NCBI GenBank assembly: GCA_963796275.1
Contig: CAWCKY010000006.1
Span: forward strand, 1,728,001-1,792,000
DNA: 64,000 nt
Origin: an uncultured Acidobacteriota bacterium
Lineage (GTDB): Bacteria; Acidobacteriota; Blastocatellia; RBC074
Direction: 5' to 3'
Part shown: positions 39,375 to 50,747 of the stretch, one piece after another
Position numbering within the stretch: position 1 is the stretch's first letter
Layout of the letters: each line of letters opens with the position of its first letter
Program-made: the position numbers and the translations under genes
The notes under the pieces: model-generated
Databases searched by the model: none
Told to the model about the DNA's origin: nothing
The model's input: only the letters and a program-made list of their open reading frames with translations

Positions 39375-40649
39375 ATGAAAGCCATTGCGCTGGTCGACGC
39401 CAATAATTTTTACTGCTCCTGCGAACGCGCCTTCAATCCGAAGCTGTGGGGCAAGCCGGTCGTCGTCTTGAGCAATAACGACGGATGTATCGTCTCACGA
39501 AGCAATGAATCGAAAGCGCTCGGGATACGGATGGGAGTGCCTGTCTTCCAGGCCGAAGAGCTCATCCGCAAGCACGGCGTATTCGTTTTTTCTTCGAACT
39601 ACGAGTTATACGGTGACCTTTCCCATCGAATGATGGACCTACTGGAGGATGCCTCACCCGAAGTCGAACGTTACTCTATCGACGAGGCTTTTATCGGGCT
39701 GGAAGCGCGCGATTATCGGGAACTGAGTGAGATCGGACGCGAGATTCGTCATCAGGTCAAACGGCAACTGGGTATTCCTGTATCCGTCGGCATCGCGGAG
39801 ACCAAGTCGCTCGCAAAGATTGCGGCGCACCATGCCAAGACGCGCGTTGAACTCAACGGTCTATTCAATCTCGCCGGCACACCCTCTTTGTGCGAAGCGG
39901 CGCTCAGGCGGACGCCCATCGCAGAGGTTTGGGGGATAGGGCGGCACTGGTGCGAGCTGTTGGCTAAACACAAATTCGAAACGGCGCACGATCTGACTCG
40001 CGCGGATGATCATTGGGTGCGGGCGAATCTGAACCTCACCGGGCTTCGCCTGATTCATGAGCTGCGCGGAATCCCCTGCCTGGAGGTCGAAGACAATCCG
40101 CCGCCGAAAAGATGCATAGCTTCGACGCGATCCTTTGGCGATGCGGTCGGATCGAAGGATGATATCAAGGCCGCGTTGGGCCTGTTCGTCACACGCGCGG
40201 GCGAAAAATTGCGTCAAGAGGGCCTCGCCGCCGGCGCGATCACAGTCTTTATCAAAACGAATAGCTACAGCCGAACGAATAGACCCTATTCCGATTCGAC
40301 GACGCTGGCGCTTGCGCCGATGTCGAACGTGACGACGGAACTGCAGGAAGTCGCTTTCCTAGGCCTCGATAAAATCTTCGTGGACGGGCTGTTGTACAAG
40401 AAGGCCGGCGTATATCTGAGCGATCTGCGCCCGGCGGATAATCTGCCGCAACGGTTGTGGGAGAACGATGGGCACGAACGAATGCTTAGTTTGATGAGCC
40501 AGATTGACCGCGTCAATCAACGCTTCGGGCGCGAGACTATCAGATGCGGCGTCTTTAAATCAGACGGGAAATGGCAGACAAAACTATCGCACCGCTCACC
40601 GCGATATACCACCCGGTGGGATGAGCTTCTTCACATCGAGGCGAAGTGA
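39375..40649 (+). CDS. umuC: Y-family DNA polymerase V subunit UmuC
   Basis: ALVDANNFYCSCE, VLSNNDGC, SSNYELYGD, YSIDEAF and C-terminal SPRYTTRWDEL. Confidence 0.95.
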   Translation: MKAIALVDANNFYCSCERAFNPKLWGKPVVVLSNNDGCIVSRSNESKALGIRMGVPVFQAEELIRKHGVFVFSSNYELYGDLSHRMMDLLEDASPEVERYSIDEAFIGLEARDYRELSEIGREIRHQVKRQLGIPVSVGIAETKSLAKIAAHHAKTRVELNGLFNLAGTPSLCEAALRRTPIAEVWGIGRHWCELLAKHKFETAHDLTRADDHWVRANLNLTGLRLIHELRGIPCLEVEDNPPPKRCIASTRSFGDAVGSKDDIKAALGLFVTRAGEKLRQEGLAAGAITVFIKTNSYSRTNRPYSDSTTLALAPMSNVTTELQEVAFLGLDKIFVDGLLYKKAGVYLSDLRPADNLPQRLWENDGHERMLSLMSQIDRVNQRFGRETIRCGVFKSDGKWQTKLSHRSPRYTTRWDELLHIEAK

Positions 40650-40781
40650 TATTACCTTCGACGCGCCGCCGAGCTGCGGTGTCGGTCAGCATTCCCTTGT
40701 AACCAGCCGATGAACGGCTGCGTCTTTATTGTCAGCCAATCTGTCAGTATTACATTTCAAGCCCTTTCGAGGAGAGAACCC

Positions 40782-43700
40782 ATGAAACGATGTTATGCAT
40801 TTGCAATGTTGTTCACCTGCTGTCTAGCGTTCGCCGGATTCAGCCGCGAGGTGAAACTGGTGCGATATCCCGATTACCACCAGGGCCGCATTGTCTTCAC
40901 CTATTTGGGGGACATCTGGACCGCGGACGAAAACGGGCAGAACATCCATCGAGTCACCGTTCATCGCGCCCGCGACCTTTATCCGCGTTTCTCGCCCGAT
41001 GGCAGATGGATCTCATTTTCGTCAGACCGCAACGGCAATCTGGACGTCTACATCGTGCCGGCCGAAGGTGGGGCGGCTAAACAATTGACATTCCATTCCG
41101 CAGACGACACGGTTCAGGGCTGGGCGCCGGATGGCCGCACAGTCCTTTTCGCCAGTCAGCGCGGTGAAGATTTCATGGGGAAGCTCTATACGGTCGACGT
41201 AGACGATCGGAAGGAACGAAACGCCGGTTCTGATATGGGTGTTTATGCGACCTTTTCGCCCGACGGAAAGAAGCTGGCCATCAACCGCAAATCGCAATCC
41301 TACTGGCGCAAATATTACCGCGGCGCTTATCAGACAGACGTGACGGTGATGGACATCGCGGCGAGGAAGTTCACCGAACTGACCGATTTCGATGGTATGG
41401 ACTCGTGGCCTATGTGGAGCCGGGACGGGCACATCTACTTCGTCAGCGACCGTGAGGGCAATGGCCTGACCAATATCTGGCGCGTGAGCGAAAAAGGCGG
41501 CAAAGCGGAGCGCGTAACATCGTTCGCCGCCGGCGATGTACGCTGGCCGGCGATGAGCGACGACGGCAGGGTGATAGTCTTCGAACACGACTTCGAAGTC
41601 TGGAAACTGGATGTTGCCAGCCGCAAGGCCGCTCCGATCAAACTCGAGATCGCTGCCGAGACGCAAGAAAATATGGTAGAGGTGGCCGACTTCAACTCGC
41701 AGCTGGATGATTACGACCTCGCGCCTTCAGGCCGCCGCATTGTTCTATCCGTTCACGGAGAGCTCTTCACGGCGCCAACCGATGAAGGAGATCTGCGCCA
41801 GATCACCGATAGCCCCTGGCGGGACAAAGAGCCAAAATATTCGCCCGACGGCAAATGGATCGCTTTCATCTCCGACCGCAGCGGGCGCGAAGAGATTTAT
41901 ATCATCTCATACGATGGCGCGGGCGAGCCGCAGAAGGTCACAGACCTCGACGCGCTCAAATCGAGCTTTTCGTGGTCGCCCAACTCCAAAGAGATCGCCT
42001 TCACCGCGTCCGACAGCAAACTGCGCAAATTCTCGCTGGAGGGCAAGCAGACAGCTGAGCTGTCATCGTCCCGCTACGGCAATATCAGCGCGCCGGTCTG
42101 GTCGCCTGATAGCAAATGGCTCGCCTTCTCGAAGGCCGACGCGACGCGCAATGCCGATGTTTACCTGATCCCATCGGCCGGCGGTGAGGAAGGCAAGGTG
42201 ACCTTCGATTCATATAACGACGTCAATCCGCGTTTCAGCCCGGACGGACGCAAACTCTTCTTCATACGCAACGAAGGCGGCGGGGGTGGCGGGGGTGGCG
42301 GGGGCGGTCAGAATTCGGCCCAGATTTACTCCGTTGTGCTCGAACGCGAAGACCGCGATCCGAATGACCCGGAGATGCGCGCCGAACAGCCCGTCGCGTC
42401 CGACCAGGAGGGCGGCCCACGCCGCGCGGCTTCTCAGCAGCGGAACGAGCCCCAACGCGAGATCAACATTGACTGGGCCGGACTCAAGCGCCGTACGCGC
42501 CAACTTACGCGCATGCCTTCGTCAGTCTTCAACTACGCCATCACGCCGGACAGCCGCACCATCGTCTTTGTGACCAGCGAACTTGCCGATTTACGCAACA
42601 CGCCGGTCGTCTACTCGATTCAGGAGGACGGGCGCAGGCTCAATCGCATCACAGCGGGGCAGGGCAGCGGCGACGATGATGATGGTGAACGCCCCGGTCG
42701 AGGCGGATTTGGCGGCGGCATCGGTGAGCTGACAATCACGCGCGATGGCCGCTCGCTCTTCTTCCGCGAAGGCCAATCGGTCTACTCGATTTCGCTCTCT
42801 CCAGGGGGCGCCGGCGCGGGCAGCAGAAGCGGAGTTGGCGGTTCTGGCGGAGAACAGGGACGGCGCCGTCGCGTCAGCTTCATCGCAAAAGTCCGCATCG
42901 ACAAGCAAGCCGAATGGGCGGAAATGTTCGACGACGCCTGGCGCACCATGAAATACCGTTTCTACGACCCGCAGATGCACGGGCATAACTGGGACGCGGC
43001 CCGCGCCAAATATCAGCCGCTGGTGGCAGATGTAGGCGATCGCCAGGAGCTGCTCAACGTCGTCAATGAGATGATCGGCGAGTTGAATGCCTCACATACC
43101 GGAGCCGCGGTCGGCGCCCGGGGACGTGCGGGATCGGTGGCAACCGGCCATCTCGGCCTTGAGCTTGAATCCGACGAGCAGGCGGGCCGCTACCGCGTGA
43201 CGCACATTTACGAAGACGGCCCATCCGACAAAGATTGGGTGAAGGTCAGCGTGGGCGATTATCTGCTGGCAATCAACGGGCGCGCCGTCAAAGCGGGTGA
43301 TAATTATTGGCCCTTGCTCAATAGCAACAATCGGCTCAACCGCAAACTCGAAATTGCGTTCAACAATAAAGCATCGGAAGACGGCGCGTGGCGGACGCGT
43401 ATTGAGCCGATTTCGGGGCAAGCCTACAACCAGCTTCGCTATGAACGCTGGGTCAAACAGAGGCGCGAGACGGTCGAGAAACTCACGAACGGGCGAATCG
43501 GCTACTTGCACATTCAGGCTATGAACCAGCCCAGCCTGCGCAGATTCGAGAAGGATATCCGCGAAAACCGCAACAAAGAAGCGCTGATCATCGACCAGCG
43601 CTGGAATGGCGGAGGCAACATCGAGCAGGAACTGCTCGCCATCCTCGTCCAACGCCAGTACCAGGTCTGGCAGCCGCGCGGTACCGAACCTTCAGGCCGC

Positions 43701-44072
43701 CCCTTCGCCGGGTTCTTCGGCCCCAAGCTGGTATTGCAGAACTGGCGATCTGCATCCAACGCAGAAATGTTCCCCGCCGGCTTCCGGGCTTTGGGCCTGG
43801 GTAAGACTATCGGCACACCGACTATGGGCGCGGTGATCGGCACAGGCAGTTACTCCTTGATCGACGGTTCGACGGTGCGCACGCCGGGCGTGGGTGTTTA
43901 TCTGGCCGATCCCAAACGGACCAACATGGAGAATTACGGCGTGCAACCCGACCTCCTGATCGAAAACACGCCGGAGGATAACCTGGCAGGACGCGATCGA
44001 CAGCTCGAGACCGCCGTTCAGGAGCTGTTGAAGCAGATCGGGCAGAAGGGCGCCGTAGTGAAAAAAGAGTAG
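40782..44072 (+). CDS. Tricorn-like S41 protease (propellers, PDZ, S41)
   Basis: PD40-type repeats (PRFSPDG), GELNASH, IGYLHI, DQRWNGGG, SASNAE, ENYGVQPD. Start follows GAGGAG. Confidence 0.93.
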   Translation: MKRCYAFAMLFTCCLAFAGFSREVKLVRYPDYHQGRIVFTYLGDIWTADENGQNIHRVTVHRARDLYPRFSPDGRWISFSSDRNGNLDVYIVPAEGGAAKQLTFHSADDTVQGWAPDGRTVLFASQRGEDFMGKLYTVDVDDRKERNAGSDMGVYATFSPDGKKLAINRKSQSYWRKYYRGAYQTDVTVMDIAARKFTELTDFDGMDSWPMWSRDGHIYFVSDREGNGLTNIWRVSEKGGKAERVTSFAAGDVRWPAMSDDGRVIVFEHDFEVWKLDVASRKAAPIKLEIAAETQENMVEVADFNSQLDDYDLAPSGRRIVLSVHGELFTAPTDEGDLRQITDSPWRDKEPKYSPDGKWIAFISDRSGREEIYIISYDGAGEPQKVTDLDALKSSFSWSPNSKEIAFTASDSKLRKFSLEGKQTAELSSSRYGNISAPVWSPDSKWLAFSKADATRNADVYLIPSAGGEEGKVTFDSYNDVNPRFSPDGRKLFFIRNEGGGGGGGGGGGQNSAQIYSVVLEREDRDPNDPEMRAEQPVASDQEGGPRRAASQQRNEPQREINIDWAGLKRRTRQLTRMPSSVFNYAITPDSRTIVFVTSELADLRNTPVVYSIQEDGRRLNRITAGQGSGDDDDGERPGRGGFGGGIGELTITRDGRSLFFREGQSVYSISLSPGGAGAGSRSGVGGSGGEQGRRRRVSFIAKVRIDKQAEWAEMFDDAWRTMKYRFYDPQMHGHNWDAARAKYQPLVADVGDRQELLNVVNEMIGELNASHTGAAVGARGRAGSVATGHLGLELESDEQAGRYRVTHIYEDGPSDKDWVKVSVGDYLLAINGRAVKAGDNYWPLLNSNNRLNRKLEIAFNNKASEDGAWRTRIEPISGQAYNQLRYERWVKQRRETVEKLTNGRIGYLHIQAMNQPSLRRFEKDIRENRNKEALIIDQRWNGGGNIEQELLAILVQRQYQVWQPRGTEPSGRPFAGFFGPKLVLQNWRSASNAEMFPAGFRALGLGKTIGTPTMGAVIGTGSYSLIDGSTVRTPGVGVYLADPKRTNMENYGVQPDLLIENTPEDNLAGRDRQLETAVQELLKQIGQKGAVVKKE

Positions 44073-44155
44073 TCGCAAGCTGGCGAGTTTGATATTAATC
44101 ACGGAAACAGACGGATCGTCCGCGGCCGTCCCGATTTTGGTCATTTGAATAGGCC

Positions 44156-44372
44156 CTATTGCCGCAACCTAACGCCGGGTAGACTGTTGATGCGCGTGAG
44201 TAGCTCCTGGTTGATGATCTTCCTTCGCGCGATCGTATAACTGGCGGTATAGAGCCGTATCCTCATTGTCAACAAATTCTCAGTGTTGAACCCCGGTCGA
44301 CCGTCTGCACTCGCATGTAGCTCTTGATCAACAGACCCGCGCCGGTCAGCAGCGCCAGCGCGCCCTGGCGCT
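44156..44372 (-). pseudogene. Fragment of an ABC/orphan permease
   Basis: ALALLTGAGLLIKSY...VD, then a frameshift to PGFNTENLLTMRI...LLTRINSLPGV. Confidence 0.7.
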
Positions 44373-44658
44373 TTGAAACGCAACGCCGCGACCGCCTTCT
44401 TTCAGGCTCTCGTTGAGATCGATTCGTGAGGCTTGTAGCGCGGGGATGATGCCGGCAGCGACACGGAACATTATCCGGAGGTTCTGGATAATGTTCCATT
44501 GACCTCATTACCCGACTTCACCAAAAGCGCCTCAGAATCCAATGTCGGCCTTTAGCTCGCGCAGCAAGCGCTGGTCAGGCTGGTCCCTGTTCCACCATAA
44601 ATCGATAGAGGACCAGCTGTAGGTGCCCTAAGGCTCATATTCGTACTCCTCGTTCTCT

Positions 44659-46356
44659 TCAGTGTTCTCGGTCCTCCTTATCGTCCTCCTTATCCGCGCG
44701 GTGGAACCGCTGCAAGAAGTTTAGATTGATGTAGTTGGCGATCGCTTCGCCCTCGGCATCGCTGATCTCGACTGTACTCGGGTAGTGCATGCCGCCCCAT
44801 ACCCGGGCGTTGTTACCGTCCGAACGCGCTTGTGCGATGCTGGTGTATCTGCGGTCCGGCAGATCGATCGTCGTCAGCGTAAATGTCTGGTGTCGTCGTC
44901 GAAAGTAACTGAGGAGAATGGTGGCAGCCGCACCGTTGAGGCTTGGGTGCCCAGCCGGGTATTCCGGATGCGACGGCGTGTTGATGAGTGGCTGCCAGTC
45001 CGGATCAGGATCGGTGTCAGGATTGCCGTCGGTTCCCGCTAATGGGATCGAGGTCACCGGCCGCCAGGTCACTTCGAACGGGGAGGAGCCGTAGAATCGT
45101 TTGGCGCTCCAGGTCGTGATCGCCGTGTCGGCCATCGCGATGTTAAGGACCGCGAGAAGCCGATTGCTGTCGGACATTGACAGGTGGTTAGCGCACGCCA
45201 TCTGATTCGCTGCCTGATTCCAGTGGATGCTGGCGTTGCCCTCCCAGAACGGAGCGAGCGCCGTCTGGTCCGGAGTGCGAATCGATTCGGTCTTGCGACC
45301 GAGCGCCTTGACCGCGTTGAAATCCTCGGTGTAGGTGGCGCTGATCAGACTTCGCGGTGGTCCTGGCCGGAATTGGGTGTTGTTGTTTAGGACGAACATC
45401 GAGGTGAATGCCAACCCCTGGGTGCTCATAGCCATGAATGATGGAGGTGTCGGCCGCCACTGACCCACGGCGGTCCCGCCAATGAATGCAGGGTAGCTCG
45501 TGTCGAACCCATCGGTCGCGCGCCAGACGAGCACGGCCTGCGCTACCTCGGTTCCCCAGGCGATGCCGCGCTCGATACGGCTCTTGCACGAGCGTTGTCC
45601 TCTGCGCGATCGATGGCCGTCATCGCAATTATCGCTCAGCGCCGCCAGCGAAGCCGCATAGCTCTCATCGAGCGCCGCCTGTTGTAATGGGAACAGGCCG
45701 ACCAGCGCAGTGTAGGCCGCAGCGATGACCGCCGCTCGGCGCGACGCCCGGTGGGGAGCCTCATCGTGAACGAAAATTGGTCTGTAGCGCTGTTCGATGC
45801 CGTTGTACGCATCGAAGATTGCCGTGTGAACGATTGCCCCGAGCCGCTGGCTGGCGGAGTTGGCCGTCTTCGTCGCAATGAGCGTCTTGATGAATATCTG
45901 ATTCCACTCCAGCACCTGGTCGGGGTTCTCATCGGTAGAACTGCTGACTTTGCCGGCCGGTTCACCGTCTTGATCACCGAGTGCCATGCAAGCGCGGGGC
46001 AGCCGGGGCAGCACGGAGAGAACCGGCGACCGTTCCTTGAAGCTTGAGTTGACGTTGGGTCCCAGGTTCATCGGCGGGCCCCCGATGGTCATAACGACAG
46101 CTACGCCGTGGGACCTAGATGTCTTGACCGCCGAATCCCCCGGGGCGGAGGCAACATAGAGGCTAAGGCTATTCTTGGACATGTCCGGCGAAAACTCCTC
46201 GAATTCAGAATTGACCATCAGGCCCAGCTTGACCGGGATGGACGAGTCCGAGATGTTTTTTGCACCTGCGACGGGATAGTAGACCACAAGAGCAGCTATC
46301 CAGACGAGGATAGCGGCCCAGATGAGTCTCACACTGCGGCTGTTACGTTTCATCAT
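44659..46356 (-). CDS. Vanadium-dependent haloperoxidase / PAP2 family secreted protein
   Basis: VLEWN, AIFDAYN, WRPTPP, K...WRP, TPSHPEYPAGH, ARVWGGMHY motifs. Confidence 0.88.
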   Translation of the reverse strand: MMKRNSRSVRLIWAAILVWIAALVVYYPVAGAKNISDSSIPVKLGLMVNSEFEEFSPDMSKNSLSLYVASAPGDSAVKTSRSHGVAVVMTIGGPPMNLGPNVNSSFKERSPVLSVLPRLPRACMALGDQDGEPAGKVSSSTDENPDQVLEWNQIFIKTLIATKTANSASQRLGAIVHTAIFDAYNGIEQRYRPIFVHDEAPHRASRRAAVIAAAYTALVGLFPLQQAALDESYAASLAALSDNCDDGHRSRRGQRSCKSRIERGIAWGTEVAQAVLVWRATDGFDTSYPAFIGGTAVGQWRPTPPSFMAMSTQGLAFTSMFVLNNNTQFRPGPPRSLISATYTEDFNAVKALGRKTESIRTPDQTALAPFWEGNASIHWNQAANQMACANHLSMSDSNRLLAVLNIAMADTAITTWSAKRFYGSSPFEVTWRPVTSIPLAGTDGNPDTDPDPDWQPLINTPSHPEYPAGHPSLNGAAATILLSYFRRRHQTFTLTTIDLPDRRYTSIAQARSDGNNARVWGGMHYPSTVEISDAEGEAIANYINLNFLQRFHRADKEDDKEDREH

Positions 46357-47881
46357 TTTTTCCTTTCAATTGATTGCATTGCAAACTCGATCTAGAGATG
46401 GACACTATTGATTCATGGTAGAGTTCCTCCTTAACAAAATATCGCCGATCGGTGGTCCGTCCTCACTTTGGCCTTTCTTCCGCTCTGAGCTTGCCGTGAT
46501 GAAGACCAGGTAACCCCACCCGGCTCGAAAAGAGGAAATGGCTCCTGATGCTCCTTTAGTTAGAGGAAGGAGCGATCTGGAGCATTTCTGCATTGGGGGA
46601 CTCTCCCCGCTGCGTCATCGCAAGCATTGGGTTATCGAACCAATGGTTAATGCTTACCTCCCTATCACCCCGTAAGCCGAGTTAATCGAATAATCCAACG
46701 CCTGGAAAAATAGAGCCTGGCGATCTGGTTTGGCTGATCTCTTCTTTCCCGCACCTACATAAGGCGAAAATCGCAGCCAAAAACTGCCACGCTCGACAAA
46801 ATAATTCGACGGCCTCATCGGGTCCCGTGTTTTAGGTTGAAACGTCCGACGTCTGTTAAGTGCCGAGAGTTGTGGAGTCGCGAGCGCTTGGCAATACTCG
46901 CATACAAAATCAGAAACCGAATCCGTTGATAGCTGATGATCTCTGGATTTGAGGCCGACTTGACCGCGCCGAATACTACTCCCTCAGCAGGAGTTTGGCG
47001 TGACCTTGATCACGAATGTTACGCCGAACCCACCGCGCCGGTCTCACACCGTCCAGGACCGCGCTGTTCCCAGCACCGGCACGACGAGGGTGACGCGCTT
47101 GGTGCGCCCGGAATCAGCGTTGCGACGATGTTCTCGTTGGTGTCGCCGCAGATCCGAAGAGCCTTCGTCGCTTGACGAGCAACGGTCGTGCGCGCGGAGC
47201 TCGTGAAGTCGCTGCGGAACACCACGAACGGTACGTCTCGCGGTGCATCCGTTCCCGGCGTTGCTGAGATCTCCACCAGGTGGCACCGCGCCGCGCCGCG
47301 TGCGCATGGGGTGCCGGGAATGTGGGATGTGTTTGTCCCGGTGTCCGTTTTGACCCATGTTCCCAGCAGGCGACCGGAAGCCACGAAGGTCGAATCCAGG
47401 TCGCGGGAGAGTTGTAAGAGCCGGCGCCCCCAATCGGCGCCGAATCGATAGCGTTACATTTTTTCTCCTACTATACCTAAACACCTAGTTAGGCTTTCTG
47501 CCGAGGAAAGACTGAGGACGCCGCTTGTAGTACTGCAATAAGACGAATAGCAGGCTCTCACCTGTGTAACTGAGCTTCGTCTTCTCACTTCGATAAGAAC
47601 GAATCGTTGTCATGGTCCCTATAAGCATCAGCTCCTCTATGCCGGTTACTTACGACAGACCTGGATGGTTGGATTTTCCAACATCAGACTACTAGATCCA
47701 TGGCGACGCGCTGGATTGTGCCATCTAAGCGCATGAGTTTAGAATGCACGCGGCTCCGGCTTTTGTGCCAGGTTCTCAGTTGTTTTGCACTTTGCCGCTC
47801 AAGAATTACCTGAACAACAATTCTAAGTCCTTCGGATTCTCGGAAGAAATTCGGGAGTATTTCGGAAGGAGATAGGGAGGG

Positions 47882-49786
47882 ATGGTTATGCCACAGCCAG
47901 ATAAGCATTTATATGAATTCGGCCCTTTCCGTTTTTACCCGACCGAGCGATCCCTATTGCGTGAGGGCGAGGTTGTTCCGCTACCGCCTAAGGTCTTCGA
48001 CATCCTCCTATTCTTAGTCCAGAACCACGGCCACCTGCTTCAGAAAGACACAATAATCAAGACGATCTGGCCAGAGTCCTTCGTCGAGGAGGGCAACCTC
48101 ACCCGCTACATCTCCACACTGAGGCAAGTACTAGGCGAGGGCAAGAACGGACAAACATACATCGAAACCGTACCGCGGATCGGCTATCGGTTTGTGGCGG
48201 AGGTGCGGGAGGTTGGAAGCAAAGGCCTCGACCCGGCAGCGCATTCCCGTGTCGCCGTTGAAGAAAAGAGAGAAGGCGACCAGGCGGCTGACAGCGACTT
48301 GACCAAGGAGGCTTACGCCCCGAGCATATGGTCTAAAGGCAAGTTGGCTGCGCCACGGGTCCGGCTGTGGGCGCTTGCCGCCAGTGTGGTTTTCCTTCTG
48401 GCCTTTGGCTGGATAGGGTTAGACAGATGGAAGCCTGAGACATCCGTGACGCCAAAACCCGCGACGATCGCGGTGATTCCGTTCGAGAATCTCAGCGCTG
48501 AGCCGGAGAGCGAGTATTTCGTCGATGGCCTGACGGATGAGATTATCCGCAACCTCTCGCTGATCGAGGGCCTGGAAGTGAGGTCGCGGACATCATCGTT
48601 CGCTTTCAAGGACAAGCCACGCAACATCCGAGAAGTCGGCGAGCAACTGAAGGTGGACTGGGTGGTGGAGGGTTCGGTTCTGCGGTCGGCCGGTAATCTG
48701 CGCGTCAACGCCCAGCTCGTCAGGGTGGCAGACGACTTTCCACTGTGGAGCGACCGTTTCGACCGCGATCTGAAGGACGTCTTCGCCATCCTGGACGAGA
48801 TTTCGCATGGCATCGTGAATAATCTGCGGCTGAAACTCGGCCGCGGCCGGAGGCGCTACGAAACCAGCGTCGAAGCCTACAGTCTGTACCTCCATGCACG
48901 CGCTCTACCGTTCCTTGCAGACCCCGGTTTGGGAGAAACTATCGAACGTTTCAAACGAGTGATTGCCAAAGATCCGTCTTTTGCGCCTGCATATGCAGGT
49001 CTCGCATCGGCTTATGCATGGCGATCCGTTCAGTTCCCCCTGGATCATCCCACTGACGAGTTGGCGAAAATGCGAGCCGCGGCGGAGAAGGCCATCCAGT
49101 TGGACCCCCTGCTCGCTGAAGCGCATGAGGCGCTCGGCCTGGCCTACGCTCGCGAAGCTCAATGGGGGCAGGCGGAAAAAAGCTTCCGCCATGCCATCGA
49201 GCTCAACCCCAATCGCTCAGAGACGTACTTTCACTTCGACAGATGGGTGTTGTCGGTACTCGGCCGTCTTGATGAGGCGCTTCAGCAATTGCGTGTCGCG
49301 GAGAAAGCTGACCCACTCTCAGCCCAGGTTCAGCTATCGCTGGCTGAATTGCTTATTTCGACAGGCCGATATGATGAGGCAGTCGGTTATTGCCAGAAGC
49401 TCCCTGCGCACGACTTATTCAAAGATCAATTTCTGGCTCGCGCCCGGCTAGGCCAGGGGAGAATCGACGAGGCAGTCCAGCTCCTGGCCAATGACCGAAC
49501 TCTATCTACTAATCCGCAAACTCGTGGTTTTCTCGGTTACGCCTATGCGCGGTCGGGCCGCCATGAGGAAGCCGAGAAGATGGCGGCTGCTTCCCGCTAC
49601 CCCAACGAACAAGCCCTGATCTTCGCTGGTCTCGGCGATAAAGATCGTACATTTGAAGCTCTCGATCGCATGGCCGCTCTAGGTTCCATCCGGATAGGTA
49701 CGTACCTCAATGGTCCAGAACTGGCTTTGGTACGTGGAGACCCGCGCCTGGCAGCTTTGCGCAAGAAGGTTGGCTTGCCCGAGTAA
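47882..49786 (+). CDS. CadC-type winged-helix regulator with TM, TolB-like and TPR domains
   Basis: YEFGPF, VEEGNL...IETVPRIGYRF, TM segment, IAVIPFENLS...DGLTDEII, TPRs. Confidence 0.92.
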   Translation: MVMPQPDKHLYEFGPFRFYPTERSLLREGEVVPLPPKVFDILLFLVQNHGHLLQKDTIIKTIWPESFVEEGNLTRYISTLRQVLGEGKNGQTYIETVPRIGYRFVAEVREVGSKGLDPAAHSRVAVEEKREGDQAADSDLTKEAYAPSIWSKGKLAAPRVRLWALAASVVFLLAFGWIGLDRWKPETSVTPKPATIAVIPFENLSAEPESEYFVDGLTDEIIRNLSLIEGLEVRSRTSSFAFKDKPRNIREVGEQLKVDWVVEGSVLRSAGNLRVNAQLVRVADDFPLWSDRFDRDLKDVFAILDEISHGIVNNLRLKLGRGRRRYETSVEAYSLYLHARALPFLADPGLGETIERFKRVIAKDPSFAPAYAGLASAYAWRSVQFPLDHPTDELAKMRAAAEKAIQLDPLLAEAHEALGLAYAREAQWGQAEKSFRHAIELNPNRSETYFHFDRWVLSVLGRLDEALQQLRVAEKADPLSAQVQLSLAELLISTGRYDEAVGYCQKLPAHDLFKDQFLARARLGQGRIDEAVQLLANDRTLSTNPQTRGFLGYAYARSGRHEEAEKMAAASRYPNEQALIFAGLGDKDRTFEALDRMAALGSIRIGTYLNGPELALVRGDPRLAALRKKVGLPE

Positions 49787-49939
49787 TATCTTCAAATGCT
49801 CACGCGTATGGCCAGTTGAAATGCGCGCGACCCGCCCGAACCGAGCACTCGCGTCGCCCGGATAGTGGGTTGCCCGAATGCGGCGATGTTAGTGAGATTA
49901 CCGCTGTGGCCAGACAGATTCTCGGCATTATACAGGTTG

Positions 49940-50264
49940 AATACCTCGCCTATGAGCCGTTGGCGCGCCAGAAGACAATCAAAGGAGTGGTTCTCAGCAC
50001 AGATGGCAACCCCTGGCCGGCGTTCTGGTGAATCATGGCCAACCGAACGAGTTCATGACGAGCAACGTGAAGACTGATGAATACGGGCGTTTTTCGTTCA
50101 AGGCTTACGAAGGCGTGAAGTATTCGGTCAGAGTGATAATTGACCTGAGAGACAGCGAATACGCCTACTTCAACTGGGCTGACATGCCAGCGGATGCTGA
50201 GAAAGCGCCACTGAAAATAGTGATTGATCCGAATCGTCCCGAAAGCAAGGTGAAACTGAAGTAA
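49940..50264 (+). pseudogene. C-terminal fragment of a carboxypeptidase-regulatory-like domain protein
   Basis: TIKGVVLSTDGNP, then a frameshift to VKTDEYGRFSFKAYEGVKY. No credible start. Confidence 0.5.
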
Positions 50265-50373
50265 CCATATTTGTATATGGTAAACTCGTTCTTGAAGTTA
50301 CTGTCAGTAGGACTGGCCGACCAACCTTCAAGCGATTGAGGTGAAGCGGAGTTTCAATCTTAATGCGTAATAT

Positions 50374-50745
50374 ATGAGACCAATAAAATTTAGGGTTTGG
50401 CACAAACCTGAACAGAAAATGCACCATTACCTGAAAGCAAAGTTTGGCAAAGCAACCAATATCACGCTGGAAGGGAAATTTAAGGACGTAGACCACGTCA
50501 CGACCAAAACCGTGCCGGTTGATGACCTTGAAATAATGCAGTTCACGGGTCTCGTGGATAAAAATGGTAAAGAGATATTCGAGGGGGATGTTGTTAAGCT
50601 ATTCAGAAATAAAACTGTATCGCAAGTTTACTTTATGGACGGAAGTTTTCTGATAGATGAACCCGAAAAAAAGACCTTACTATTTTCCATCTTGTGTGAA
50701 GTCATTGGCAACATCCACGAGCATCCAGAGATACTAAAGCAGTAA
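50374..50745 (+). CDS. YopX family (phage-type) protein
   Basis: MRPIKFRVW...MQFTGLVDKNGKEIFEGDVV...EVIGNIHEHPEIL. Confidence 0.92.
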   Translation: MRPIKFRVWHKPEQKMHHYLKAKFGKATNITLEGKFKDVDHVTTKTVPVDDLEIMQFTGLVDKNGKEIFEGDVVKLFRNKTVSQVYFMDGSFLIDEPEKKTLLFSILCEVIGNIHEHPEILKQ

Positions 50746-50747
50746 TT

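Noticed and set aside
46400-47880. Short overlapping ORFs between the haloperoxidase and the CadC-like regulator
   Set aside because: No recognisable motif or consistent coding strand.
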